DNA of 64,000 bases from Felis catus (Eukaryota): assembly GCF_018350175.1 (NCBI RefSeq), contig NC_058368.1, positions 74,464,001-74,528,000 of the forward strand, given 5' to 3'. The translations under genes were made by a program, and so were the position numbers. Below are positions 26,588-39,257 of this stretch, piece after piece. The notes below the pieces were generated by a model that searched no databases, was not told the origin of the DNA, and saw only the letters and a program-made list of their open reading frames with translations. Within the stretch, counting starts at the first letter, position 1, and every line of letters begins with the position of its first letter.

Positions 26588-26716
26588 CTTTGGTGAATGG
26601 TGCTCATGAGATGATCGATAACCATAATGGTCAAAAACTTCAGTGATGTCACCTATGCTGACGGTTACACACACACAAAATCAGGAAACTTCCATACGAA
26701 ATGGGCCATCCTCCTG
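26588..26716 (-). pseudogene. ZP pseudogene: ZP-C1 end
   Basis: gccttag acceptor, AAG|gtaaat donor; MAHFVWKFPDF/SIGDITEVFDH resembles tectorin-like 'RF....F.FIGDYDEVHLHC'. Confidence 0.62.
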
Positions 26717-27254
26717 CTAAGGCATAAATACAGTGGGAAAATGATAGACTGACATCTCTTTTTCTTGACTGGGAATATTGTATAATAAAGATTGCTCAAT
26801 TTCTAATGAATTGGTCTTAGCTTTTGTACAATTCCTAGTCATTAAGAACCTTTTATTGGAAGTTACATTTTTTTCTGTTGTATGCATACCTCCTAAGGAT
26901 CATCAAGAAATGGCAAACAGCATGAATTTCTATAAAGTTAATTTTCAGTGAAAACATAAATAATGATAGAAGTGAAGAGGATCTCAGAAGAAATAAGGAA
27001 GGATATTGGAATAAACTATTGAGCAAATCAACAAATTTGTAACATTAATAACCCTCTGTGAATGAAAACTCACTGTTCTATTAAGGGAGCCTGTTATATT
27101 TCATAAACTGAAGTGTGACAAAATTCTTTGGTCATTAATTGATCCAGCAATTGTTAAGTGAACATTTACTCTGGAGTAAGTACTGAAATCTACTCTCCTT
27201 TTGATTATGAAGTTTTAGCCCTAGTCTTTTGACTATTGGAACAAAGGTGTTCCC

Positions 27255-27480
27255 GGGGCACCTGGGTGGCTCGGTTGATTAAGCATCCTATTTCGGCTCA
27301 GGTCATGATCTCACAGTTCTTGAGTTCGTGCCTCGCATCAGGCTCTGTGCTGACAGCTCAGAGCCCACTTCAGATTCTGTGTCTCCCCCTCTCTCTCTCT
27401 CTCTCTGCCCCTCCCCCACTCACACTTTGTCTCTCTGTCTCCCAAAAGTAAAATAAAACATTAAAAATTAAAAAAAAAAG
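27255..27480 (+). mobile_element. CanSINE
   Basis: TSD aacaaaggtgttcc. Confidence 0.95.
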
Positions 27481-28058
27481 AACAAAGGTGTTCCTTTGCA
27501 CAGGGTAGCCCTTAAAAACTATGTTTTCTTCTTCAAAAAGATTTTTCTTCCAAGTTCATGATTTAACGTGTTTCATTGTTTTCCTGTAAAATGTTATCTT
27601 TACTCATCAAACTCTTGTTCAAATATCAAACCCAGAATTTCAGATATACATGCTTAGCATTCCATAAAGAGATCCTTGCTTTTCACGGTTCTGTATACTC
27701 ATTTTCTACTAATGCAACATATGCTTTTGTTTTTAGCAGCCTCTTGGCACTGGTGGTGAACGTTGAGTTGTGGCCAAGTCAGATCTTGTAACCATGAACT
27801 ACTGTCTGCAGTATCCACTACTTTGCATTCCCTTTTTTTCTTTTTTTTTCTTTTAAACCCAAGGCATGACTTGAGCTTCATATTATCAAATTTCATAGTC
27901 TTGGTATTCATCCAGCATTCCAGTCTTTTTAGATAACCTGAATCTCAATCTTGTCATCGACTGTTATATTGCTTATTCCTCCCAGTTTGGTATCATCTTG
28001 AATTTGGAAAGTGACACATTCAGCATTCTTCATCATCTGCATCCTGTCTTCTCCTTAC

Positions 28059-28291
28059 AGCTGGGGCCAACTGATCCGTGTCAGTAAGCAGAGACTATTG
28101 TCCGGTTCCAAGGGCGATCTTTCCCCAACAGGAAGTATTTCAAACAGTTTTCAGTCTCACTCTTGACAGAAATCTTCCACGGTATCATGTGGATATGATA
28201 TAGACATGCACACTGAATTTTGATGTTAACATGGGGATTTTCATGTGATTTAATATCTACAGATGAATTGTAATTCATGTGATTTGAAATA
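28059..28291 (-). pseudogene. ZP pseudogene: ZP-C1 middle
   Basis: NIKIQCACL...LKYFLLGKDRPWNRTIV resembles ZP-C 'L.L..C.ATP...KYFII..GCP.D.T'; donor gtaagg; acceptor probably mutated (ccaa) or at 28256. Confidence 0.62.
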
Positions 28292-28472
28292 TTGGACAGG
28301 AAAATAAAAAGGAAGCCATGTATTTTCAGAGGGGAACGTAGATACTCAATACAAATGGCAATGGTAGATTCATTATAGTTTTTGCAGAAAACATTAACCT
28401 AAATACCTATTAGTGCATATTCTTAAACGTAAATGAAGTCCAAAGCAAAAAAACAAAACAAAACAAAACAAA

Positions 28473-28504
<32 letters not shown>

Positions 28505-29031
28505 AGAAACAAATTCTATTTAACTCTCACACTTTGCCACTCGAATTTTTCTAGAATTTAGTGAGACTATCAGACTCAAAGTAGCTCTCTGATACTCAAG
28601 GGATTAAATTACTTTAGAACATTTCATAGGCAAGCGTCAGTCCTTTCTGGCTTTGTCTATTATGGATTTGAAATAATTTCCCAGAATATTTGCAGAGTTT
28701 TGTTTTGTTTTGTTTTGCTTTCCACAACAAAAATGTGGCATCATGATTTGGACCAGATTTAAGGGAAAGGTACAGTGGTGGCAAAAACTCGAGTTATTCC
28801 CATTTCAGCTTGGGAATATTATTTGTTGTTGTTGAGGACAGTGGAGAGGGGGATGGTTCTTGTCTTTCTTATCATGAGACAAGAGCTTAGAGCGGTGTCT
28901 CCTTCATTTCTTTCTTTTCATGGGGGGATGTGATGTATGACACTGACATGTTAGAGAGGAGGCAGGGCCACGTGGCTGACTGGCTCTCTTCACCCGTGAT
29001 CATGTGCCTACCTACGGAGGGCATTTCTTAC

Positions 29032-29167
29032 TCCACTTTTCTCTCGGGTTGCTTTGAGGGGAACACCTAATTCTCAAGTGGGTATTAGCAAAGTCACCTT
29101 CTTCAACATAGACTTCTTTGGTAATGAAGGTAATGTTACATCTCCGTCTGTCTAACTCCTGGATTTT
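29032..29167 (-). pseudogene. ZP pseudogene: ZP-C1 start
   Basis: tttaattacag acceptor, gtaaga donor; (frameshift) TDGDVTL/FITKEVYVEEGDFAN parallels TGDISLVLSTAIFLLYKDKSY. Confidence 0.55.
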
Positions 29168-29189
29168 CTGTAATTAAAAAGCAAGGCTG

Positions 29190-29401
29190 GGGGCGCCTGG
29201 GTGGCTCAGTTGCTTCAGCATCTGACTCTTGATTTTGGCTCAGGTTATCATCTTACGGTTTGGGAGTTTGAGGCCCCCGTCGGGCTTTATGCTGGCAGTG
29301 GGGAGCCTGCTTGGGATTCTCTATCTCCCTGTCTCTCTGTCCCTCCCCTGCTCACTGTCTCTCTTTCTCTCAAAAACAAAACAAAACAAAACTTAAAAAA
29401 A
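29190..29401 (+). mobile_element. CanSINE
   Basis: About 20 bp from a ZP-exon acceptor. Confidence 0.93.
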
Positions 29402-29716
29402 TAACAAGGATATCATGTATTTATAACCCCAATGGCAATATTTTATTGATGAAAATAAGTAATAAAAAAATCAAGCAGATACATAGGATCTCAAAAGAAG
29501 TATAAATTTAAACAAAGGAGCAAAAAATATTAATTCTATATGTAGGATTTTTAAGTATCCTCACCATCTATCATCAATCAACTCACCAATATAACACTTT
29601 TTTTGGAGTGGGGAGTATAAAATCCAGGCATTGAACGCAAGTAATACATTTGCTTCTTTGTGGAATAGACAGACTTTTTATTCATTAATTATAGGATTTT
29701 CTGTAAGGTTCCCTTA

Positions 29717-29931
29717 TTTTTTTTAAAGTTTATTTATATATTTTGAGAGACACAGAGAAAGCACGAGCAGGGAAAGGGTAGAGAGGGAGGGACAGAGAGA
29801 GAATCCCAAGCAGGCTCCATGTTGCCAGCACAGACCCTGATGTGGGGCTCAAACTCACAAAACTGTAAGATCATGACTTAAGCCGAAATCAAGAGTTAGC
29901 CGCTCAACCGACTGAGCCATCCAGGTGCCCC
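29717..29931 (-). mobile_element. CanSINE
   Basis: TSD aaggttcccttatttt. Confidence 0.95.
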
Positions 29932-31292
29932 AAGGTTCCCTTATTTTAAGTTTTAACCTGCAAGTCACAGATCCATAGAACCGAGAGTAATGGCTTAAAG
30001 TGATCTAATTCAATAACTTCTTGTTCACAGGTAGACATTCAATGATATTTGCATCCAACAGTTGTCTTATGTTGATAGATTCTAAAACAGTATTAATTTT
30101 ATTGATCTCAAGATAATACTAGGTTAGTTTTATCTAATATACACTTACACCTTAACATAATGTCAGGTTTTTAAAAGTGATGAGAGGGTATTGCAAATAC
30201 CTGTGACCAGTGAGCTCTTATAAATAACCAGATGAATAATTTTAGAGCTAAAGATAGAAATTTGAGGCACACTGGATAGCCCATTCTAATATTCAACAAA
30301 TAAATGTTAGTAAATTTTCTCTACACGCTATATTTAGCCTCAAATGTAGAAAATTCTATATTAATTTTTTTTAATCTTTTCCCCAGGGCCCTGGCACAAA
30401 GTGAGATTAGGGATCCAAAGACCCAGTAGAATTTTGTTTCTACTTCTGTCATTGTCAGCACATGAGTCTCCAAAATATTAGACTGTCCATATGCTATTTA
30501 ATGGTGTAGATAGCAGAAATTATGATCAGATCTTTAAAAAGCATTTAGTTAACCTAGAACAAACTGCCTTTCTCATCATTTTAAAACAGCAATGATATGT
30601 CTAATCTTCATATATCATGAAGTATTTGACATCACAATTACATTTATATTTCCTAAATTAAGTTATAGCCTGTGTCCTTGGAGAAACATATTTGTTAAAG
30701 GATCTTGGGCAATGGTGATATTTGTCACACTGACTTTTTAAAAGATGATTGTCAAATCATTCAAATGCTTAATAGTTGATTACCAGTGATCTTTAAAAAT
30801 ATTCTTAACTTTTTTTTAAATATTGATTTGATTTTTGGGGTTTTTTAAATATCAATACTAGTGCCATGGTGTTGAAGTATAGAAGAAAATTTTTGAAATG
30901 TCAAACTGAAACTCCATAATCAAACTACTCTATAAGCAAAATGCATACATGCAGGTGCATGAGAGAGTGAAGAGTGCCAACATATTTATTAAAAATAACA
31001 TTGGAAAGCATCCAAAACATCAAGACTAATTTTTTTCCTAAAGAAAAATAAAATAAACATTCACCTCTAGGAGCTGTGCTCTGCAATTATTCTAGCAAAA
31101 TAGATCTTTCTGTGAACATACTCTGAGTTAAATAGCTCTTAATTAAACAAATAGTGGGGTGCACACTTCACTTTTGCCTCTTAACAACTAATTTCTTTGT
31201 TAATAGTGACCTCTTTCATTTTCATATAAGTAAAATACATTATTTATAAAAGGCTGCCATGCCACAAAAGAAAAAAAAAACATTGGTTTTAC

Positions 31293-31484
31293 CTTAAAAA
31301 AATAAACAGAGAGGAGAATCTTTTACTTCCACACTATGGATGTCATTTCAACGCAGGGAAGGAAGAAGGAGAATACACTAAAGGTTTTCATTGTTGGGTC
31401 ATAAATGGAATAATTATGAATGCTTTCTACGAAGACGTCAGCCCACTGGAGAAGTTATCAAGTGACTTAACATGCAGGTGATTT
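31293..31484 (-). pseudogene. ZP pseudogene: ZP-N1 second half
   Basis: cttcccag acceptor, AAG|gtaaaa donor; FSFFLPCVEMTSIVWK*KILLSVYFFK parallels the module-2 exon at 12423-12654. Confidence 0.6.
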
Positions 31485-32222
31485 CTGGGAAGCAGGTAAA
31501 ATGAGATTTACATCTTTTTGTTTGCACAGGAACGTCAAACCTGCAACACGACTAGTTAGAAGGATGAGCCACCTGAGGGCTAAGGATGGTGTCAGTGGGA
31601 AGGATCGAGAAATGAACATCCACCTCCTTTCTGGGTGGTCTGCTGGAACCTTCCAGCCATTAAGCTGCTCTTAATACTAGCGAGCACACGTTCCCCAGGA
31701 ATTACCCTGGGAAGGAAGACAGGAGGCTTCCCTTCTGCAAATCCACATCAGGCAGGGTGCCAGGCTATGCCCCGCTGTAGAGAATGACAAGGCCCACAGC
31801 TATGACAGTGGTGATGGTAAACAATGACAGTTCTGTCAGGAGCCTGAGAGGCTTTTCATACTTCTGCATGTGCCGAACAAAAAAGCAGTTATTTTATTTG
31901 TGGAACAGAAAAATGACGGCATGAACTCTTCACCCCTTTTGTTCCCCTTTAAACAGATCAGAATGGGAAGAGTGTTGGCAGCTTTGTGATGGTGGGGATG
32001 AAAACAGGTAGCGGTAAGAATTTGAAAATGAGGACTTTTTATTTTTCTCCCTTCAGTAAAAGTATAATCACATATTGGCTAAATTTTGTTTTAATTTGAA
32101 TGATCTTAGATTTGCGATGATCTCACCATGAAGCTCTCAGTGATTCTTAAAGGCGTGTTCATGGAGCTAGAGAGGGCACAGAACTAATAGGCACAGGCCA
32201 GAGGATGTGGGGGGTGAGGCAC

Positions 32223-32466
32223 CCAGTGCAAACTGAGACGATGCGTATGCTGACACGGGTTCTCGAGAAGAGAGGAAGTCGTGATCACTGCATCACCTGC
32301 AATGCCACATACACCATATTTCCCCCTGAGCTTATTCAAAAGTTTATCATGTATCTCAAGTATGTAAAGCGTTGCCCCAACTCTCTTGCGAGATAAAAGG
32401 GATGCAGTAAAAGTCATTGCTTCTGGGCAGCTGGCCATTTTTCAAGGAGAGAGATGGACATGGGCG
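32223..32466 (-). pseudogene. ZP pseudogene: ZP-N1 first half
   Basis: ctgtgcag acceptor; ASCPEAMTF...LEIHD...SLLENPCQHT resembles ZP-N 'C....M.V...L.L.D...CGT'; donor uncertain. Confidence 0.55.
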
Positions 32467-32875
32467 CTGCACAGTTTACGAGAAACCAAAGTACAAATCA
32501 GGAGCCCTGTAGCCAGTGGCTGCCTTGTGCAGGCCTCGTGTTAGGTGTTGTGGGGATAAGAAGATAAAAAAAGATATGGACCCTGACTCCAAGAAGCTCA
32601 TAGTGTAACAAAAGAAGTAAGAAAAAGCCCAGTCCGATCGATGACCCATCGAGAGGAAGAGAAGTAGCGATACTGACATCAGTCACAACAAACGTGCTTA
32701 AACTGTGTTGTGGAAGAAGTTATCTCATATGTGCAAGTGGCATATTTTACAGCTAAAGCTTAGAGAGGTAGCTGGCGACTCAGAGAGTGAAGATTCAAAC
32801 ACAAAGCGCCAGCAGCTCTTTTCATTTTGTTTGTCCAAAATTCCGTTCTCACTTTCTGGTGAGAGCCTCCCTTAC

Positions 32876-32978
32876 GGTGGGCCTGGCGGAGACCAGTTGT
32901 GGTCCTTCTAGAAACAAGGCTGCAAATATGACTCGGGCCTCTCAAACCGCCATAATTAGCCCAGAAGGATACAGAAGG
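32876..32978 (-). pseudogene. ZP pseudogene: signal-peptide exon
   Basis: tttgcctttag acceptor; Kozak-like ATTATGG at 32953; MAV*EARVIFAALFLEGPQLVSARPT; donor gtaagg. Confidence 0.55.
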
Positions 32979-34228
32979 CTAAAGGCAAATCAGTAAAATT
33001 CCTTGTTTATGGCTTTGTGTATAAATATTGGGAGAAGGATCTTTTCTCCTGGATTTCTGGTTGCCACAACATAAACTGTAACCTCTTGAAGACATGACTG
33101 TCCTCTACTTGCTACATAAAAGAGGAGGTCACCGCTGGAGGGAGAGAAGCCTAGCTCGGGGATATGGAGCCCTCAACCCAACGCACTCCTGCCCGAGTCT
33201 CCATTCGACTCAGGACTCCTGAGTAAAGTGATCTCATTGGGCTTTTCTGAGTTCTCCTGTCATTTGCAACCTAAAGAGACCCCCCCCTAATGCACTTAAT
33301 GCTTGGAGGATGAAAAAATACAAGGGAAGTTACATTTATGCTAGGATTTAAAATATAGTGTTTCAGTGAGGATCTGTTCCCAGGGAAGGATGGATACATT
33401 GTCCACAAGTAGAAAACTACAAAGCAAGATAAAGATTTCGCGTCAGGTTGACTATACATTCCAGCGTGTATGGGCTCAGTTTGATTTAAGCTTGTCATCC
33501 CTGCGTTCTACCTCCAGTTTTTCTCAACAGTTTCTTAGTTTTTATAATAAACTGGATAGTGTAGTCACTCTACTTATACATGCAAACTGCGGCCAAGGAT
33601 GCATACACAATATGTGTAATTTAGAATTTAGGTTGGAACCAGATTATAAAGCCTTAAGGCATTATAGTAAAGATTTAGATACTACATTAAAGATCTAAGT
33701 AGTGGTGTGGATCAGAGGAGGGGCATGGTCACAACCTCCACACACTATTGTAGCTAACAATGTCAAATTTGGATTGGGTAAGGTATGGAATTAAGAAACT
33801 GTTCTTATAGTCTATGTAAGAGATGTTTAAGCTCTGAGAAGAACATAAAAAGAAAAATCGTGGTGGTGACTTTTGAATTCAGCGAGTTAAACAGCATGGG
33901 CTATTTGGATTAGAATGCCAATAGCAAGTAATATATAGAATAGACTAAAACTATCTCTTTCTCCAGTGTGGAGAGCACATTGAAAGAGATGGAAAGATGG
34001 AAAGAGGTTTGGAGCTTTGATTAAATGGTCCTGTATAAAATTAGATTTATATTCAGTGAATTGAAGTATACTTTCTATAAAAAAAAAGTGTGTGCATACC
34101 CATAAGAGTTAGTGAAGGCCATGGGTTTCTGATGAGTAGGTTAGTTTTGAGACACCTTATGCTCTTAGCCTATGAGACTATAACTAGTTTGCAAATGCAC
34201 TAGCTCTCATATTTAATCTTACTGCCTA

Positions 34229-34453
34229 TTTTTTTTTAATTTTTTTCAACGTTTTTTTATTTATTTTTGGGACAGAGAGAGACAGAGCATGAACGGGAGA
34301 GGGGCAGAGAGAGAGGGAGACACAGAATCGGAAACAGGCTCCAGGCTCTGAGCCATCAGCCCAGAGCCCGACACGGGGCTCGAACTCACGGACCGCGAGA
34401 TCGTGACCTGGCTGAAGTCGGACGCTTAACCGACTGCGCCACCCAGGCGCCCC
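34229..34453 (-). mobile_element. Young SINEC_Fc
   Basis: TSD tcttactgcctatttt. Confidence 0.97.
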
Positions 34454-35355
34454 TCTTACTGCCTATTTTAATCCAAATTGTCTCAAGGTCTGAGTATGGC
34501 TATCACCAGTGCCTTGTCTGGGTGTGGTTGGAGAAAGCAGAAACTGACATGGTAAGAGACAATATGGAAGTGAAATTCATGGGATATTGGCCATCGATGG
34601 TGCATAGAGCTCAAAAGAGAAGTTGAAGTAAGTAATTCAAGCTTTAAAGTCTAGATGAATGGATGCACATTAATTCTTTCAAAACAGATGGGAAATGAGA
34701 ACCTATAGGCTTAGTGTCAGACATAGGAGTTTGAGGTAATGGCCAATCATTCTAGAGGAGTTTTTCACTATTTATTTTATAGGCAGATATCAAACTCAAG
34801 AGAATGAGGCTATATGCTAAACAAAGGACATAGATTATTTTTGTAAAGAAAGAGAGAAAAGAAAGTTAACATCAGGTCTGTATTGAAAGACCTGCATTTC
34901 TGCATTGAAAGGACAGAGAGTGACTTTAAGTTTGCCTTGTTACTGAAGCTGGAAATGTCTTTAAGGAAGAAGGTGCTTGAAAAGGTCAACTGATCTTGCA
35001 AGGTATGGAGGATGAAATCGATTTGGTAATTATGGCATAATGTTTGAATAAAAGCAATGTCAGTAAAATAAATATACCAATAATAAAACATTGAGACATT
35101 AAACGGGTTGGGGATTGGGTGACATTGAAAACAGTAATCTACCATAGGAAGAGTCTGATGATGAAAGAGAAGGAGAGTATGATAGCAGCTTGAGGCAATG
35201 AAAAGGAAGAATTTGTAGAGTGCATTCATCTCCATGGCTTAAATTATGCTGCACTATGAATTTAATCAATGAATCACAGAAGTTTAACATAGTTATTACT
35301 GGTTCATGTGAAGTCTGAGGGAACCTGGGTAACTCCCCAGGGAAGCTCGACTCTA

Positions 35356-35405
35356 TGACGTCACTTAGCAATGGCCTTCCAATTCTCTCTACCATATCAC
35401 GTGAC
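35356..35405. promoter_or_regulatory. Clustered CRE (TGACGTCA), X-box-like GTCACTTAGCAAT and E-box TCACGTGAC
   Basis: Motifs at 35356-63, 35360-72 and 35397-405, between the divergent pseudogenes; function untested. Confidence 0.35.
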
Positions 35406-35822
35406 TTCCAAAGTCACCATATCAGGACAACTGGGCTCAAGGAATGTGTAGCCTGCTCTTCTCTGTTTTAGCTTAGAAACGATAGAAGTCTCTCATTTAT
35501 CACTTATTTGCTTGAATTAAGTGGCTACATTCACATTTGAAAGCCAAAATTAGAATGAGAGAAGAGTAGCTCCAGACCCAAGAACAAATACAACTTAAGT
35601 GCTATTTCTTTAAGAAATGAGGGCATTTTTACACAAAATATCTGATTCAAGTTACAGATTATTTACATGTCAAACTCCACTGCTCAACACAAAATCAGTC
35701 ACTTCCTCTCATCTCATATAGTAGATGCCTCTTCTATAAAATTCCACTGTAAAATTCTATAATTCAAAGACATTAATGACATGAGACTGATCAAATATTG
35801 TTGTATCTTTAATAACCATTTA

Positions 35823-36045
35823 GGGGGAGCCTGGGTGGCTCAGTCAGTTGAGCATCCGACTTATGCTCAGGTCATGATCTCGCAGTCTGTGAGCTCGAGC
35901 CCCGCGTCGGGCTCTGTGCTAACAGCTCGGAGCCTGGAGCCTGCTTTGGATTCCGTGTCTCCCTCTCTCTCTGCCCCTCTCCTGATCATTCTCTGTCTCT
36001 GTCTGTCTCAAAAATAAAATACAAACATTTGAAAAAATTAAAAAA
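35823..36045 (+). mobile_element. CanSINE
   Basis: TSD aataaccatttag. Confidence 0.95.
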
Positions 36046-36611
36046 ATAACCATTTAGTATTCAAATAATTGTTTACCTCTACATTTACTCAGGGACTATG
36101 TGAGCTCTATAGAAATTGGAGCACAACATTAATTATGAGAAAATATATGGATCCTGTCAGCTTTATTCTTTACTAAATGCCTATGAATGTCAATGCAGGC
36201 ATTTTCATTGCCTTATATGCAATGGTATTGCCACTTAGCCCTGTCTACAAATTCTACAGGTAGCGATTGGGTTTTCATGTTTGTTTTTACTCTCAAAATA
36301 ACTTACGACTTTCATTTCTGAAGAGACTGACAATAAAATAGGCAAAGTAGGAAAGAGAATCATCTGGTAACAAAGCAGATGAGGCAATGGACACTTGAGC
36401 ATTTACTTTCTATGGCCCAGTTAACTTCACTGGATTTACATAGCTTCCAGAGTTTGACCTCTTTTACTGCTGATGGGAAATGCAATTTATTCTGTAAACT
36501 ACATAATTGATCATTTAAAAAAAAAACAGGGAGAAAAGACAGCAAGACTTGATCTGATCCCAGTGTATATGATGCTTGTACTGAATTTGTAAGTATGAAA
36601 AAACCAAGTCT

Positions 36612-36810
36612 GGGTGCCTGGGTAGCTCAGTCAATTAAGCTTCTGATTCTTGGTTGCAGCTCAGGTCATGATCTCATGGTTCATGGGTGTGAACCCTGCA
36701 TTAGACCATGCTCACAGCCCTGAAGCCTGTTTAGAATTGTCTCTCTCCCTCTCTCTCTGCCCCTCCTCTCCACTCCCCTCCCTTCAAAATAAATAAACTT
36801 AAAAAAAAAA
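36612..36810 (+). mobile_element. CanSINE
   Basis: Diverged copy. Confidence 0.9.
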
Positions 36811-37180
36811 GTCAAAAATCCCCATTCTTGTGGGAACATCGAATAAATCCAGATTGCGAAAATTATTACCTGGAAGAGAAAAACATTTCAGTCAGAACAA
36901 CAAAATAATTTACTTGTCCTTGTGGGATGAAATTTGAGTGAGAAAAAACAACAAACTACTTCATCAGAGGAGTAAAAACTTCAAGTGGCTCAAAATTGCA
37001 ACTTAAAAAAAAAAGTTTTTCATTAGGAAGCCTTAAAGGGTAGACATTTTGTGAGTCTAAGGGTAAATAATATTCATTTCAGAAACCTACAGATGAGTTT
37101 CGAGTCAGTCAGCATGTGTCATATTTTGTTTGTGTGTTCTTTAAATCGGATATCAAAGTAAAGGAAATAAGTATCATAAT

Positions 37181-37689
37181 ATTACCAGGGACTCGCTCAC
37201 AAGCCACAATAACCCAGTTTTCTAGCCCTGCTTATAAGTTCATCTGCCAGGCCAGATGCCAGAAGACACAAGCTCCAAACAAGCCCCTGCAACCCAGTTT
37301 TGACCAGTTTGATCCAGTTCATAGTGCTGACTGTCCAGATGACCTCCTGATACAGATCATCTAATTGTAATAACAAAACCACACCAACCAGCACCTGGAG
37401 ACAGCCATCTGTGCCCATGTAAGGGAAGAAAAAATGTGGCGCTCGGATTCCCAGCAGCCACCTCTCCCCAGAAAAACCACTCGTCAACTTGCTTACTGGC
37501 CCTGTAATTACCCTAGCCCCATAAAGCCCTGACAATGAGACCTAATCCAGGAGAAGGTGCCTTTGGTTAGAGCATGAACTCCCCTTCTCCATTTTCTGGC
37601 CTTTGAATGAATGACCTTCTGGCCATCAAATAACTGCTTTGCTATTTGATTATTTGGCAAAGAGTGAAAAACCTACTACTCAGGAAACA
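37181..37689 (+). mobile_element. Probable solo ERV LTR
   Basis: GC-richer 500-bp block ending ..aaaca with TATA-like cataaa; family not recognised. Confidence 0.5.
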
Positions 37690-37797
37690 AAAACATGGTG
37701 TAGACAGTTTTAATTTATACAAAGCATTGCTGACCTTTGGCTATTACTGAATATGTAATCAGAGCTTGGTATAAAGATAGGTTCTTTGTGATAATAG

Positions 37798-38012
37798 GTT
37801 TAAGGTGGAATGTGACAAGTTTGCTCTGTAAGTTCAATTCTGGACGAATGAAATACGTTGGTCACTGCTATCATGACACTATGTCGAACAACTAAATATC
37901 ATAATTAATACTCTTTTTAGTTTTGTTCTTGAATAGCATTTGTAGGACTGTGGAGTTGGATATGAACATTTTAAAGATTTTTAAAAAGTTTATAGTGAAT
38001 GCAGAAATGAAG
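37798..38012 (+). pseudogene. RhoGEF pseudogene: DH CR1 exons (to 37827; 37937-38012)
   Basis: CT|gtaagt, gaatag|C and AAG|gtaatc sites; phase-compatible KVECDKFAL-ICRTVELDMNILKIFKKF, similar to 'R.+..E+..TE..Y+..L.++...F'. Confidence 0.58.
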
Positions 38013-38127
38013 GTAATCCATACAGGAAAAGAATTACGCACATCATTGGTTACCTTTTTTGGTTGTTGGTGTTTTGTTTTGTCACTTTCGGAAGCATCAA
38101 TATAAACCAAAACACGGCCTTTCCTAG

Positions 38128-38337
38128 CTCCTACTGGTTTGCATAAACCTTTTGCTTTGGGGACAAAACTACCTGTGGGCAGCTTTTGATCAGCTGATTT
38201 TTCAATACAGTGTCAGTAATGAATCTTAAATTTTTGTTTGAGTGACTCTTACAATTGGAGAATTGGAATTTGAATTGGAGATAGAGCGTAGGAAAGTTTA
38301 GACCTGAATGATGTCAGTTAGATCATTTAAAGTTCTG
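38128..38337 (+). pseudogene. RhoGEF pseudogene: DH CR2 exon
   Basis: FDQLIF..(fs)MNLKFLFE*LLQLENWN....SVGKF resembles DH 'IF.N....FL.EL..RLE.W....IG.+F'; donor gtaaat. Confidence 0.62.
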
Positions 38338-38651
38338 GTAAATGGAAAGACTATTCTTGATGGACTTTTGCAAACACTATTTTTCACTTACTTTATTCTT
38401 TTTTATTATTATATGAAGCATTGCTATAGGAATTCTTTGCGTGGATTCTTTCCCCAGAACAAGATGAGATCTGTTTCCTGCGTTGTATAACCCTTCCTAC
38501 TGTAATTACACGTTAAAAAACACCAGACATGGAATGTTCCTATATAGTACTGTTTTTGTCCGATAATCCTATCAAAATGGTTCTAACAGCCAACAGAGAC
38601 AGCTGTACATTTTCTTGTTTTTATAAATCTTAACCCAAACAATAATCCTAG

Positions 38652-39257
38652 GTTAAACTCCATCTCTATCATCTAATGGATGATAAAATATAGGAATGAA
38701 TTTTATGACAGATTAGCGCCTTTACTGCCTCGGAAGAGAATGGCCTCGATTGTCAGTACAGAGCATTTTAACAGCTGAGTTATAAGCATGTCAGGTTAGT
38801 ATTTGTGTTTCTAATGGAGGAAAAATTACTGCAGTGATAAGTACTTATCTAAATTTTGGCCCTCTTTTCCACCTAATTCTGAGTTTCTGAAAACTCATTT
38901 CCTAACACATGAATTAAAGGCAGTGATTATTATACATAGGCAGGTTGTTAGTATTTAGGTAAATTATTTTGGCCTGAGAGTTTATTTTAGTTATGTTACC
39001 ATAATGCATCAGATAATCATTGCATTTACTTATGCTGTGCTGGCATTTTTAAATGTGACTTAAGGTTTTGTTTGTAGGGTAATTTATTGCATCACATAGC
39101 AGATTCTGAGACTCACTGGAACATTATAAACAATTTTAGTAAGCTTCGTCCTTTATACGTTTTAAATGAGGACTGGTCTTATTTTGTTCAGGAGAAAACA
39201 TTACAATTGTCTAGAAGGATTATAATAAAGTGAAATAAGCGTTAGATTTAAGATGTG
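38652..39257 (+). pseudogene. RhoGEF pseudogene: DH C-terminal exons, including 39078-39138
   Basis: tttgtag|GNLLHHIADSETHWNII|gtaagc resembles 'LLKHTP.SHPD...L'; neighbouring segments weaker. Confidence 0.5.

Larger units (their letters stand above)
8640..32978 (-). pseudogene. Decayed multi-exon gene with signal peptide, ZP module 1, ZP module 2 and TM-like tail (could be two tandem ZP genes)
   Basis: About 14 exon-like segments, most with AG/GT ends, all on the minus strand and in ZP-N then ZP-C order twice; many stops and frameshifts. Confidence 0.72.

Noticed and set aside
32476..32679. Signal-peptide-like ORF MSVSLLLFLS..
   Set aside because: Overlaps an L2-like fragment; 32876-32978 has better splice sites
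8640..32978. Naming the ZP pseudogene as ZPAX, ZPD or ZPLD2
   Set aside because: Not supportable without a search; the double-module layout does not match what I know of them
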